A stretch of DNA of 64,000 bases from Pseudomonadota bacterium (lineage in GTDB: Bacteria > Pseudomonadota > Gammaproteobacteria > Xanthomonadales > Rhodanobacteraceae): positions 836 through 64,835 of the forward strand of contig JAEWGO010000006.1 in NCBI GenBank assembly GCA_023388255.1. The letters run 5' to 3'. A program made the position numbers and the translations under genes. Positions 1 to 8,826 of this stretch are shown one piece after another. The number at the start of each line of letters is the position of its first letter. Positions within the stretch are counted from its first letter, which is position 1. The notes below the pieces were generated by a model that saw only the letters and a program-made list of their open reading frames with translations, was not told where the DNA came from and searched no databases.

Positions 1-2020
1 CGGCCAGAACGGGACCAACCTGTTGCCATCCGACCTGCTGCCCTACAGCCCGGAAGATGCGCCGTCGAGCTACGACGTCGGCCGCATCGGGCCGAAAACC
101 CGCAGCACGGCGTTCCGCCTCAATGGCGACCAGGCCCTGGGTGACGATCTCAAGCTGACCTGGAACGTGGGCCAGACCCGGCAGACGGACAGCGAGCATT
201 GGCATCCGATCCCGTTCGATTTCAGCTTCCTCGAAGACGGGCAGGCGACCTATGTACCGGTCACCAACCCCAACAACAAGTTCGGCGAGGATGTGCTGGT
301 CGGGTACTCGTACAGCAAAGAATTTGCTGGCATGACCTTTACCCAGGACCAGAAACAGACCAATACCGACTACAGCGTCGGCCTGTCCGGCAAGCTGCCG
401 GTGCTCAGTGACTGGACCTTCGACCTCGGCTACAGCGGCGGCGTCGAGAAGGGCCAGACCGACGCGCTCGGCGACATCACCGGTTCGCTGGGCGCGGAAG
501 GCTACGCGCGCACCCAGGCGGTACTCGATGGCCTCAACGTGTTCGGCGACGGCAGCGACCCGTCGATCGTCGCCGCCAACCGCGCCCTGCTCGACACTCT
601 GGTGGAACGGTACCGCTACAACTTCGAATCGAAGAACAACACGCTCGACTTGATCACCCGCGGAGCGCTGTTCGACTTGCCCGCCGGCAAGGTACAGGTC
701 GCATTGGGCGGGCAGTACCGCAGCGAGCGTTACCACTACCAGAGCACCATCGGCGGTCTCGCCACGTCGGACACCAAACGCGATGCCAGCGCGGTGTTCG
801 GCGAAGTGGGCTTGCCATTGCTCAAGGATGCCGCGTGGGCCAAGGAACTGACCCTGACCCTGGCGGCGCGCCATGAGTCGTTCGACCAGAGCGGCACCAG
901 CTCGGTGCAAAACAGCGCCTACCGCGGCGGCGCCGACCTCGTCGCGCAGGGTGGCTTCGACCTGCCATCGCTGATCGGCGCGGCGCCGGGCAGCATGCCC
1001 GACGAGGCGGGCCCCAGCACACCGATCAGCCGCGCCTACGGCAACACCAGCACGCAGGCGCGGCTATCGTGGAAGCCGGTCGATGCGCTGCGCCTGCGCG
1101 CCACCTGGGGCAAATCGTTCCTGACGCCGCAGCCGCAGCAGCAGTTCGGCCTGACCTATGTGGATGACGGCACCAATGCGGTGACCTACAACGGGGGCAC
1201 CTTGCCGGCGGGCTACACCGCGGTGGTCACGCTGCGCGGGCCGAACGCCAACCTCAAGCCGCAGATCGCCACGGTGAAGACCATCGGCTTCGACTACACG
1301 CCAACGTTCGCCAACGGCCTGACCCTGTCGGCCACCTACAACGACACCTTCTTCCACAACTACATCGGTGCGCCGCTGGCGGGCCTGAGCTATGCGCAGA
1401 TCTTCGCCGGCATCGACCAGCTGCCGCCGGGCACCTTCATCAAGGGCGATAATGGCGTGCTGCTGTGGGACGCGCGTGACGTGAACTTCCTCGGCCGCAA
1501 GTCGCGCAGCGTCGATACCACGGCGAGCTGGTACTTCGGCAATCGCCTCGGCGACTGGCGCCTGGAATTGAACGCGGTGCGCACCCTGCAGCTGGAGGCG
1601 AAGACGCTGCCATCGCTGCCGGTCACGGTGTTCTCCGACAGCGAGTTCGGTCCGAGCAAGTGGGCCGCGGATGTGTCGCTGGGCTGGGAGAACGGTTCGT
1701 ACTTCGCCTCCGCCGGCACGCACTTCACCTCCTCGCACCGGGTGCTGCGACCGTTGTCGGCCGAGGCCACGGTCTTCAACGATTTCACCCCGAACGAAAA
1801 TCCACGCCGCTCGTCACCGTCCTACACCACCTTCGATTTCCAGGTCGGCTACCGCTGGCTGGGCACGGACAGTTGGCTCGGCGGCAGCACCGCGCGCCTC
1901 GGCGTGCAGAACGCGTTTGATCGCGCGTTCCCGTTCGTGGACAACCTGTACGGCTTCGTTTCCAACCGCGTCGACGTGCGCGGCCGGGTGATCTACCTGG
2001 ATCTGAAGAAAGAGTTCTGA
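1..2020 (+). CDS. TonB-dependent outer-membrane receptor, C-terminal barrel part (5' end lies outside the window)
   Basis: The frame is open from base 2. It has amphipathic beta-strands, 'LRLRATWGKSF' and 'GPNANLKPQ' segments, the TBDR C-terminal box 'RLGVQNAFDR...GRVIYLDLKKEF' and a terminal Phe. Confidence 0.92.
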   Translation, partial: GQNGTNLLPSDLLPYSPEDAPSSYDVGRIGPKTRSTAFRLNGDQALGDDLKLTWNVGQTRQTDSEHWHPIPFDFSFLEDGQATYVPVTNPNNKFGEDVLVGYSYSKEFAGMTFTQDQKQTNTDYSVGLSGKLPVLSDWTFDLGYSGGVEKGQTDALGDITGSLGAEGYARTQAVLDGLNVFGDGSDPSIVAANRALLDTLVERYRYNFESKNNTLDLITRGALFDLPAGKVQVALGGQYRSERYHYQSTIGGLATSDTKRDASAVFGEVGLPLLKDAAWAKELTLTLAARHESFDQSGTSSVQNSAYRGGADLVAQGGFDLPSLIGAAPGSMPDEAGPSTPISRAYGNTSTQARLSWKPVDALRLRATWGKSFLTPQPQQQFGLTYVDDGTNAVTYNGGTLPAGYTAVVTLRGPNANLKPQIATVKTIGFDYTPTFANGLTLSATYNDTFFHNYIGAPLAGLSYAQIFAGIDQLPPGTFIKGDNGVLLWDARDVNFLGRKSRSVDTTASWYFGNRLGDWRLELNAVRTLQLEAKTLPSLPVTVFSDSEFGPSKWAADVSLGWENGSYFASAGTHFTSSHRVLRPLSAEATVFNDFTPNENPRRSSPSYTTFDFQVGYRWLGTDSWLGGSTARLGVQNAFDRAFPFVDNLYGFVSNRVDVRGRVIYLDLKKEF

Positions 2021-2114
2021 TGCCGCGCCGCGCCCCGGCCGACCCGCCTGCGGGCGGCCGGGTGCGTGAGCTGTTGCCCGCCGTTACGGCATGAATCTGT
2101 TTTGGGAGTCACCC

Positions 2115-3392
2115 GTGAAAAAGTCCGCCTTCCTCCGTCCGCTCGGCCTGCTGGCCAGCGCCATGTTGTTGTCCGGCGTTGCCCTGAGCGGCTGCGACCA
2201 GCACGCCGCGCCCGGCGCGCCAGCCGCGGCTTCGACCAGCGCCGATGCACCCAACGCACAAACGCCCAAGGCCGGCTTTGTCATCACCGGTTCCCTGCCC
2301 GGCCTGAAAGATGGCGATGAAGTGCGCCTGCTGATGTACGACCCCGCCGCCACCACCCAGGACAAGCGTCGCCCCGTCGCCAGCACCAAGGTCGAGCACG
2401 GCAGCTTTCGCCTGACTGGCACGGTGGCGCAGCCGTTGCCGGGTCTGCTGCAGGTCGGTCACGGCTCGGCCGACATGATCGTGGAGAACGCCCCGTTCAA
2501 GCTGGTGGATACCGGCGAGGGCCTGGTCGTCGAGGGTGGCCAATACAACGACAAGGTCTACGGCTACCGTGCCTTGCCCGAATTCGTGGCCGCGGTGAAG
2601 GCGCGCCACGCGCTGTATCGCAAGACCTTCGACGGCGTCGACGAACAGGACGAGGCGGCGATGAAGGCCGCGCGTGCGATCACCCGGGATTCTTCATTGC
2701 CCGAACTGGCGATTGCCAACGACTGGCAGGCGAAGGTGCTCGACAGCGACGCCGCGCCGCTGCTGAAGCTGTTCGTGCTCAACGAGAACGTCGACAGCAA
2801 GCGCTATGACAAGGCCACACGCGAGGCGATGCTGGCCGAGTACGAGAAGGCGCTGGGCGCCGATCATCCGCTGATCGTGCAGATGAACAAGACCGCCGCC
2901 GGCTACCGCAAGTACGAAAAGCTGCAGAGCGAAACCTCGGTCGGCAAGCACTTCAAGGACGTGGTCGCCGTCGACAAGGATGGCCACAAGGTCAAGCTGT
3001 CCGACGTGCTGGCGAAGAACAAGCTGGTGCTGCTGGATTTCTGGGCCTCGTGGTGTGGCCCGTGCCGCGGCGAGTTCCCGCACCTGGCCAAGGTCTACAA
3101 GGAATTCCATTCGCACGGCTTCGAGATCTACGCCGTCTCGCTGGATGACGACAACGACGAGTGGCTGAAGGCGCTGCGCGAGGAAGGCAAGGGCGATGGC
3201 ATTCCGTGGATCAACCTGGTTGACCATGGCATCGATTCGAAGTCGGCCACCAGCTACGGCATCCTCGGCCTGCCCAGCAACTTCCTGATCAACAGCGAAG
3301 GCACCATCGTCGGCGTCAACATGCGCGAGTGGGATGTCGAGCGCGCCGTGCGTGACCAGGTGAAAAAGGAAGAAGGCGGTCATGGCGCGTAA
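2115..3392 (+). CDS. TlpA/AhpC-TSA family thiol:disulfide oxidoreductase lipoprotein with a DUF4369-like N-terminal domain
   Basis: GTG start after GGGAG (2104-2108), lipobox 'LSGC', C-terminal thioredoxin fold 'LLDFWASWCGPC...GLPSNFLI', and an N-terminal 'FVITGSLPGL...GSFRLTGTV' module. Confidence 0.88.
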   Translation: MKKSAFLRPLGLLASAMLLSGVALSGCDQHAAPGAPAAASTSADAPNAQTPKAGFVITGSLPGLKDGDEVRLLMYDPAATTQDKRRPVASTKVEHGSFRLTGTVAQPLPGLLQVGHGSADMIVENAPFKLVDTGEGLVVEGGQYNDKVYGYRALPEFVAAVKARHALYRKTFDGVDEQDEAAMKAARAITRDSSLPELAIANDWQAKVLDSDAAPLLKLFVLNENVDSKRYDKATREAMLAEYEKALGADHPLIVQMNKTAAGYRKYEKLQSETSVGKHFKDVVAVDKDGHKVKLSDVLAKNKLVLLDFWASWCGPCRGEFPHLAKVYKEFHSHGFEIYAVSLDDDNDEWLKALREEGKGDGIPWINLVDHGIDSKSATSYGILGLPSNFLINSEGTIVGVNMREWDVERAVRDQVKKEEGGHGA

Positions 3393-5514
3393 TGTGATCA
3401 CGCGTGTCTGGGCTGTGCTGGCCTTGCTGCTGGTCGCCAGCCTGCCGCTGGCGGCCTCGGCGCAGCAGGGCATCCAGTCGCCCGTGCAGGCGACGCTGGT
3501 CTCGGCGGCGACTTCGGTGCAGCCGGGTCAGCCGTTCACCGTGGCGCTGCGCATGCAGCACCAGACGCATTGGCACAGCTTCTGGAAGAACGCCGGTACT
3601 GGTCTGCCGACCACGCTGAAGTGGGACTTGCCCGCGGGTTGGAAGGTGGGTGCGATCGACTGGCCGGTGCCGACCCTGGTGCTGGACAAGGAAGGCGCGA
3701 TTTCCGGTCACGGCTATGTCGGCCTGTTGTATCTGCCGATGACGGTGACGCCACCAGGCAACGCGGCTGTCGATAGCACCATCGAGCTGAAGGCCACTGC
3801 ACGCTGGCTGATGTGCGACACCATCTGCATTCCCGGCAAGCAGGACGTGTCACTGCGCCTGCCGGTCACCGCGCAGCCGACCACGCCGGATGCGGCCATC
3901 GCCGACGCCATCGCGGCGATGCCGATGCCGCAAGCGGCCACCGGCTGGCAACTGGCTGCCAGCAAGAACCGCCAGGAAGTCTTGCTGCACGTGGCCGCGC
4001 CGGTCGACGTGAGCGAGCTGCACTTCTATCCCGACGAAAAATTCATCGCCTACAAGCAGCCGCAGACCGTGGCCAGCCGCGGCAACCGCGCGATGCTGAA
4101 AATCGCGCTGGACCCCGAGGAAATCGTGCCGGCCGACGAACGCCTGCGCGGCGTGCTCGCCTATACCGATGGCAAGGGTGCGTACCGCGGCGTCAACGTC
4201 GACCTGTCGTTCTCCGCCGCGGCGGTGGCGGCGCAGGTCAGCGCGATGTCGGCCGATGATGCGGGTAACTCCGTGGCTACCGGCGCCACGGTCAGCCTGT
4301 CGTTTGGCGTGTTGCTGCTGGCCCTGCTCGGCGGCCTGATCCTCAACCTGATGCCGTGCGTGTTCCCGGTGCTCGGCATCAAGGTGCTGGGCTTCATCGA
4401 CCAGGCCGGCAAGGATCGGCGCAAGGTGGCCGCGCATGCGTGGTCGTTCAGCGCAGGCGTGCTGCTGTCGTTCTGGGCGTTGGCCGGCGTGCTGGCCATG
4501 TTGCGCGCCGGTGGCCAGCAACTGGGCTGGGGCTTCCAGCTGCAGTCGGCGCCGTTCGTGTTTGCGCTGGCGGTGGTGATGCTGGTGTTTGCGCTGAACC
4601 TCAGCGGTGTGTTCGAGATCGGCCTGCGCGCCACCAGCGTGGGCTCGAACCTGCAAACCCGCAGCGGCATCAGCGGCTCGTTCTTCTCCGGCGTCCTCGC
4701 CACCCTGGTGGCCACGCCATGCAGTGCACCGTTCCTGGCGCCGGCACTGGGCGCGGCGCTGGCCCTGCCGACGCTACCGTCGTTCGTGGTGTTCACCGTC
4801 ATCGCGATCGGCCTGTCGCTGCCGTACCTGTTGCTGTCGGTGTTCCCGGGCATGCTGCGATTCTTGCCGCGGCCCGGCGCGTGGATGGAAACGTTCAAGC
4901 AGGCGATGGCATTTCCGCTGTATGCCACGGTCGGTTACCTGATCTGGGTGTTGGCCGGGCAGGCCAGCGAGTACGGCCTGCTGAACGCCTTGATCGCGTT
5001 CGCCGTGGTGGCACTGGCACTGTGGGTTTATGGCCGCTTCGGCAACCCCGCCGTGCGCGCGCCGCGTCGTCACATCGCTGTCGTCGCCGGTGCACTGCTG
5101 TTCCTGTTCGGTCTGGGTCTGGGCTGGCCGCGTGCCACCGCGCCGGATGCGATGACGTGGGAGGTGTGGAGCCCCGAGCGCGTCGCGCAACTGCAGAAGG
5201 AAGGGCGCGGCATCTATGTCGACTTCACCGCGCGCTGGTGCGCCACCTGTCAGGTCAACAAGAAAGTGGTGTTCGGCAACCGCGAGGTCACCGACTACTT
5301 CCGTGACCAGCACATCGTGGCGCTGAAGGCCGACTGGACCAACGCCGACCCGCGGATCACCGAGACGTTGGCGAAATGGGGCCGCAGCGCGGTGCCGTTC
5401 AACCTCGTCTATCCGGCCGGCGCCGGCACGAAGAAACCGATCGAGATGCCCGAGCTGCTGACCGCGCAGATCGTGCTGGACGCGTTCCAGAAACCCGCCG
5501 CCGTCGCCCCGTGA
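3382..5514 (+). CDS. dsbD: Protein-disulfide reductase of the DsbD/ScsB family
   Basis: Signal peptide, N-domain 'CDTICIPG', TM-domain Cys pair 'MPCVFPV' / 'TPCSAPF', and C-terminal thioredoxin 'DFTARWCATC'. Overlaps the upstream gene. Confidence 0.9.
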   Translation: MARNVITRVWAVLALLLVASLPLAASAQQGIQSPVQATLVSAATSVQPGQPFTVALRMQHQTHWHSFWKNAGTGLPTTLKWDLPAGWKVGAIDWPVPTLVLDKEGAISGHGYVGLLYLPMTVTPPGNAAVDSTIELKATARWLMCDTICIPGKQDVSLRLPVTAQPTTPDAAIADAIAAMPMPQAATGWQLAASKNRQEVLLHVAAPVDVSELHFYPDEKFIAYKQPQTVASRGNRAMLKIALDPEEIVPADERLRGVLAYTDGKGAYRGVNVDLSFSAAAVAAQVSAMSADDAGNSVATGATVSLSFGVLLLALLGGLILNLMPCVFPVLGIKVLGFIDQAGKDRRKVAAHAWSFSAGVLLSFWALAGVLAMLRAGGQQLGWGFQLQSAPFVFALAVVMLVFALNLSGVFEIGLRATSVGSNLQTRSGISGSFFSGVLATLVATPCSAPFLAPALGAALALPTLPSFVVFTVIAIGLSLPYLLLSVFPGMLRFLPRPGAWMETFKQAMAFPLYATVGYLIWVLAGQASEYGLLNALIAFAVVALALWVYGRFGNPAVRAPRRHIAVVAGALLFLFGLGLGWPRATAPDAMTWEVWSPERVAQLQKEGRGIYVDFTARWCATCQVNKKVVFGNREVTDYFRDQHIVALKADWTNADPRITETLAKWGRSAVPFNLVYPAGAGTKKPIEMPELLTAQIVLDAFQKPAAVAP

Positions 5515-5576
5515 CGCCGGCCCCCTCGCACCCGCGCGCGCCCAGCCGGCGCGCTTCACCGGAGAGTAGCTTGCCC

Positions 5577-6941
5577 ATGATCGTTTCCCGTTTCCTGTGC
5601 GCCAGCCTGGTGCTGGGCCTGTGTGCCGCGCCGGCACTCCAGGCCGCGCCGGTGCGCGCCGATGGCTTTACCCACGTCCGTTCGCTCGGCGGCATCGACG
5701 AATACCGTCTCGATGCGAATGGCCTGACCGTGCTGCTGCTGCCCAGCCATGCCGCGCCGGTGGTGACCTATCAGGTGACCTACAAGGTCGGTTCGCGCAA
5801 TGAGGTCACCGGCTCCACCGGTGGCACGCATCTGCTCGAACACCTGATGTTCAAGGGCAGCAAGCACTTCTCCAAGGAGCAGGGCAACAGCATCGACATC
5901 TACCTGGAGCGCGTCGGCGCCGGCTTCAACGCCAGCACCAGCATGGACCGCACCAACTACTACGCCACCTTGAGCCCGGATGCCCTGCCCGGTTACATCG
6001 CCATCGAAGGCGACCGCATGCATGACCTGCTGCTGCGCGAATCCGACCGCAAGGACGAGATGACCGTGGTGCGCAACGAGTACGAGCAGAACGAGAACGA
6101 TCCGAACTCGGTGCTGGGCAAGCTGATCTGGGCCGCCGCCTACGAGGCGCACCCGTACCACCACCCGACCATCGGCTGGCGCAGCGACATCGAGGGCGTC
6201 TCGATCGAGAAACTGCGCACGTTCTACAACACCTATTACTGGCCGAACAACGCCACCGTCACCGTGGTCGGCGACATCGATCCGGTCAACGTGCTGGGCC
6301 TGATCCGCAAGAACTACGGCAAGATCCCGCACTCGCCCGAAGCCATTCCCACCGTCTACACCACCGAACCGGTGCAGCAGGGTGCGCGTCGCGTGATGCT
6401 GGAACGCGCCGGCGACACCGGCAGCGTCTCGATCAACTGGAAGTCGCCGGCCGCGCTCGATCCGGACATGCCCGCGCTGTCCATGCTCAAGCTGGTGCTC
6501 AAGCAGGGCAAGAGCAGTCGCCTGTCGCGCGCGCTGGTCGACACCTCGCTGGCCAGCTACGTCGATGCCAGCGCCAGCATGCTGCACGACCCGGGCCTGT
6601 TCGGCGTGGACGCCCTGCTCAATCCCGGCGTGTCGCACGAGAAGGTCGAGCAGGCGATGCTCGACGTGATCGAGAAGGTCAAGCGTGACGGCGTCACCAA
6701 GGAGGAGATGAACCGCGTGCTCGGCCCATACCGTGCCGACCAGGCCTACCGCCGTGACGGCACCGACAGCGCCGCCGGCGCACTCAACGAATACATCGCG
6801 ATGGGCGACTGGACCTTGTACGTGACCTCGCTGGAGCGACTGGAAAAAGTCACCCCCGCCGACGTGCAGCGCGTGGCGAACAAGTATCTCAACAAGAATC
6901 AGAGCACCACGGGCTGGTTCGTGCCGGAGGCGTCCAAGTGA
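5577..6941 (+). CDS. Periplasmic M16 (pitrilysin/insulinase) zinc protease, catalytic subunit
   Basis: Signal peptide 'MIVSRFLCASLVLGLCAAPALQA', inverted zinc motif 'HLLEH', and 'NASTSMDRTNY', 'VVRNE', 'HPYHHPTIG'. Confidence 0.93.
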   Translation: MIVSRFLCASLVLGLCAAPALQAAPVRADGFTHVRSLGGIDEYRLDANGLTVLLLPSHAAPVVTYQVTYKVGSRNEVTGSTGGTHLLEHLMFKGSKHFSKEQGNSIDIYLERVGAGFNASTSMDRTNYYATLSPDALPGYIAIEGDRMHDLLLRESDRKDEMTVVRNEYEQNENDPNSVLGKLIWAAAYEAHPYHHPTIGWRSDIEGVSIEKLRTFYNTYYWPNNATVTVVGDIDPVNVLGLIRKNYGKIPHSPEAIPTVYTTEPVQQGARRVMLERAGDTGSVSINWKSPAALDPDMPALSMLKLVLKQGKSSRLSRALVDTSLASYVDASASMLHDPGLFGVDALLNPGVSHEKVEQAMLDVIEKVKRDGVTKEEMNRVLGPYRADQAYRRDGTDSAAGALNEYIAMGDWTLYVTSLERLEKVTPADVQRVANKYLNKNQSTTGWFVPEASK

Positions 6942-8296
6942 GCAAGACCATGATCAAGATGAAGAACAACAAGTGGCTGGCCCTGGCCCTGTTCGCCGGC
7001 GCCTGCGTGGCGGCCGGCGCGGCGAACGCCTCGATCGCCGAACGCGCCCAGCGCAGCCGCGTCGACGGCATCGACGTGGTGGTCTACCCGATGGACGTCA
7101 AGGACGTGGTGACCATGGCCGGCTCCATGCCGCTGGGCGACGCCATGGTGGCCAGCAAGTCGGCCAACCCGGCCGTGCCCGCGCTCACCGCGATGCTGTT
7201 GCAGCGAGGCACGACGAAGCATGACAAGTTCGCGATCTCCGAAGCGCTGTCGCAGATCGGCGCCCAGATCGACATCGACGCCGGCACCACCAAGGTGGAT
7301 CTGTACGCCAAGAGCCTGAAGCAGGACACCGATACCGTGATCGGCCTGCTCGCCGAACAGCTGCGCATGCCGGCGTTCGCCCCGGAGGAACTGACCAAGG
7401 CGAAAACGCAGCTCAAGGCCGCACTCACGCAGCGCGCCGAAGACGCGGACTCGCGCGCCTGGGAAGCACTCGCCCTGTCGATCTTCCCCAGCGGCAGCCC
7501 GAACGCCCCGGTGCCGCGCGAAGACCAGCTCAAGGCGATCGACAGCGTCACCGTCGCGCAGATCAAGGCGTTCTACCAGACGTACTACGGCCCCGCGCAC
7601 ATGACTCTGGTGTTCACCGGCGACGTCGACCAGGCCGCGCTGAAGGCCTCGCTGGACAAGGCGTTCGGCGGCTGGAAGGGCGGCGTGGACTTCGTGCGCA
7701 GCACCAGCGGTGCAGTGAAGCCGGCCGAGGCGGTGCAGTCGATTCCGATGAAGGACAAGGCCGCGGTCAGCGTGATGTGGGCCGAAGCCACCGGCCTGCA
7801 TTCCAGTGACGCGGACTACCTGCCGCTGAGCGTGGGCGTCAACGTGCTGGGCTCGGGCTTTACCGGCCGCCTCATGGCCACCGTACGCGACAAGCAAGGC
7901 CTGACCTACGGTATCAGTTCGTCGCTGTTCGGCAGCGACATCGTCGATGGCGGCTTCATGATCCAGACCAGCTTCGCGCCGGAACTGCTCGACAAGGGTC
8001 TTGGCAGCGCCCAGCAAGTGCTCGACACCTGGTGGACCGGCGGCATCACCGCCAAGGAACTGGACGCCCGCAAGGACGCCCTGATTGGCCGCTTCCAGAT
8101 CCAGCTCGGCACTACCGACGGCATGGCGATGTCGATCCTCGCCACCTTGGAGCGCGGCCGCGGCATCGACTGGCTCGACCAGTACCCGGGCAAGGTCAAG
8201 GCGCTGACCGTGGACGAGATCAACGCGGCGATCCACAAGCATCTGGACCCGAAGAAACTGGTGATGGTGAAGGCGGGGACGTTCGCGGCGCCCTAG
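6938..8296 (+). CDS. Periplasmic M16 protease, non-catalytic partner subunit
   Basis: GTGA overlap with the upstream gene, signal peptide, no HXXEH motif, but carries the R/Y substrate motif 'VRDKQGLTY'. Confidence 0.88.
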   Translation: MSKTMIKMKNNKWLALALFAGACVAAGAANASIAERAQRSRVDGIDVVVYPMDVKDVVTMAGSMPLGDAMVASKSANPAVPALTAMLLQRGTTKHDKFAISEALSQIGAQIDIDAGTTKVDLYAKSLKQDTDTVIGLLAEQLRMPAFAPEELTKAKTQLKAALTQRAEDADSRAWEALALSIFPSGSPNAPVPREDQLKAIDSVTVAQIKAFYQTYYGPAHMTLVFTGDVDQAALKASLDKAFGGWKGGVDFVRSTSGAVKPAEAVQSIPMKDKAAVSVMWAEATGLHSSDADYLPLSVGVNVLGSGFTGRLMATVRDKQGLTYGISSSLFGSDIVDGGFMIQTSFAPELLDKGLGSAQQVLDTWWTGGITAKELDARKDALIGRFQIQLGTTDGMAMSILATLERGRGIDWLDQYPGKVKALTVDEINAAIHKHLDPKKLVMVKAGTFAAP

Positions 8297-8326
8297 GGGC
8301 GCGGTGTCCTGATTGCAAGGCCACGC

Positions 8327-8355
8327 AGGTCGCAATCCGCAAGGGATTGCGACCT
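8327..8355. repeat. Perfect 12-bp inverted repeat (terminator or REP-like hairpin)
   Basis: AGGTCGCAATCC-gcaag-GGATTGCGACCT, 30 bp after the operon stop codon. Confidence 0.6.
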
Positions 8356-8826
8356 ATATCGCTTCGCGGCGCGGTGGCGGCTGATTGCGTGGCGGAAGCG
8401 GTTGATACGGGTTTCGTCGTGCGTGGCATCGGCATCGACGCCAGACCGAGCGGCGTTCTTCAAGCGGGATCTGCTCCGGTGCAGGCAGCACGCCTGTCGG
8501 CGGGATTTCGCAACGCACATGGATGGTCGCGGGCGCCTGCGGGTGGCCGTGTGCGCTCGATCCGGCCAGCGACGCGGCGTTCCACAGCGGACGACGACCA
8601 GTCAACGAATCGAAGTGTGCCCTTGCTCATCTGGCGAGTGGCGCTGATGCCGGGCGGGCGCGGACCGCGGAGGAATGCGATGACGGATGATCTGCCGCGT
8701 CTCCGGTTCGCACGATGGGATGCGGCATGACCCTGCTGCACGCCAAGCGCGTTGGCGGGCGGTTCGACGCCGTGAAGCCTCACGCGAGCCGCACGCACTC
8801 CATGGGCCGTGGCGGAATCGCCCGAT

